From Octopus sinensis (taxonomy: Eukaryota), in NCBI RefSeq assembly GCF_006345805.1, contig NW_021828830.1, forward strand, positions 1 through 7,601: a stretch of 7,601 nucleotides of DNA, given 5' to 3'. The notes beneath the pieces are model-generated. The model saw only the letters and a list, made by a program, of their open reading frames with translations. It was not told the origin of the DNA and ran no database searches. Position numbers and translations under genes: made by a program. The number at the start of each line of letters is the position of its first letter. Positions within the stretch are counted from its first letter, which is position 1. Positions 7,399 to 7,601 of this stretch are shown piece by piece.

Positions 7399-7601
7399 TG
7401 CATATAAGTCCAGGACAAAATACCAAAGCATTCCACAATAAATACAAGACATCACCAACCGGTGAAAAGTACGTAAATACACGCGGAGACAAGTGCAGGA
7501 TAACTCGCACATCAATTGTCGACTGTTTTACTGACCCATTTCATTGCTTTTAACGACAAGATAGGAAAACTTCGATGACAGCAGCATTCCAGAAATTTTT
7601 T

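Noticed and set aside
32-7510. All ORFs in the six-frame track
   Set aside because: They are translations of microsatellites (YI, HT, CV, poly-V) or lie within non-coding repeats. No recognisable domain, including RT or GIY-YIG.
7516-7559. TTGTCG/CGACAA stem with minus-strand AAAACAGTC resembling a decayed hammerhead
   Set aside because: Neither CUGANGA nor GAAA is intact; too degenerate to support.

Overview
Non-coding, microsatellite-rich eukaryotic DNA with no credible protein-coding gene. The ORFs come from simple repeats or lie inside repeats. The mix of (TA)n/(TATG)n/(CA)n/(AAC)n tracts and tRNA-derived SINEs looks like a cephalopod (Octopus-like) genome; this is an inference from recognition, not a search. 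The main signal is a cluster of non-coding elements with hammerhead ribozyme (HHR) motifs, each ending in a (TA)n tract. (1) 2644-3835: two ~358-bp, ~99% identical direct repeats, each holding the hammerhead core strands and helices I and III in a permuted, non-canonical order. (2) 4402-5175: a 358-bp tandem unit with a type I HHR and a 210-bp inverted 5' arm, a Penelope-like/retrozyme architecture. (3) Two inverted copies of a repeat with a minimal HHR (5726-5930 minus, 7110-7317 plus). (4) A 28-bp-stem hairpin element with a partial HHR (5535-5637).
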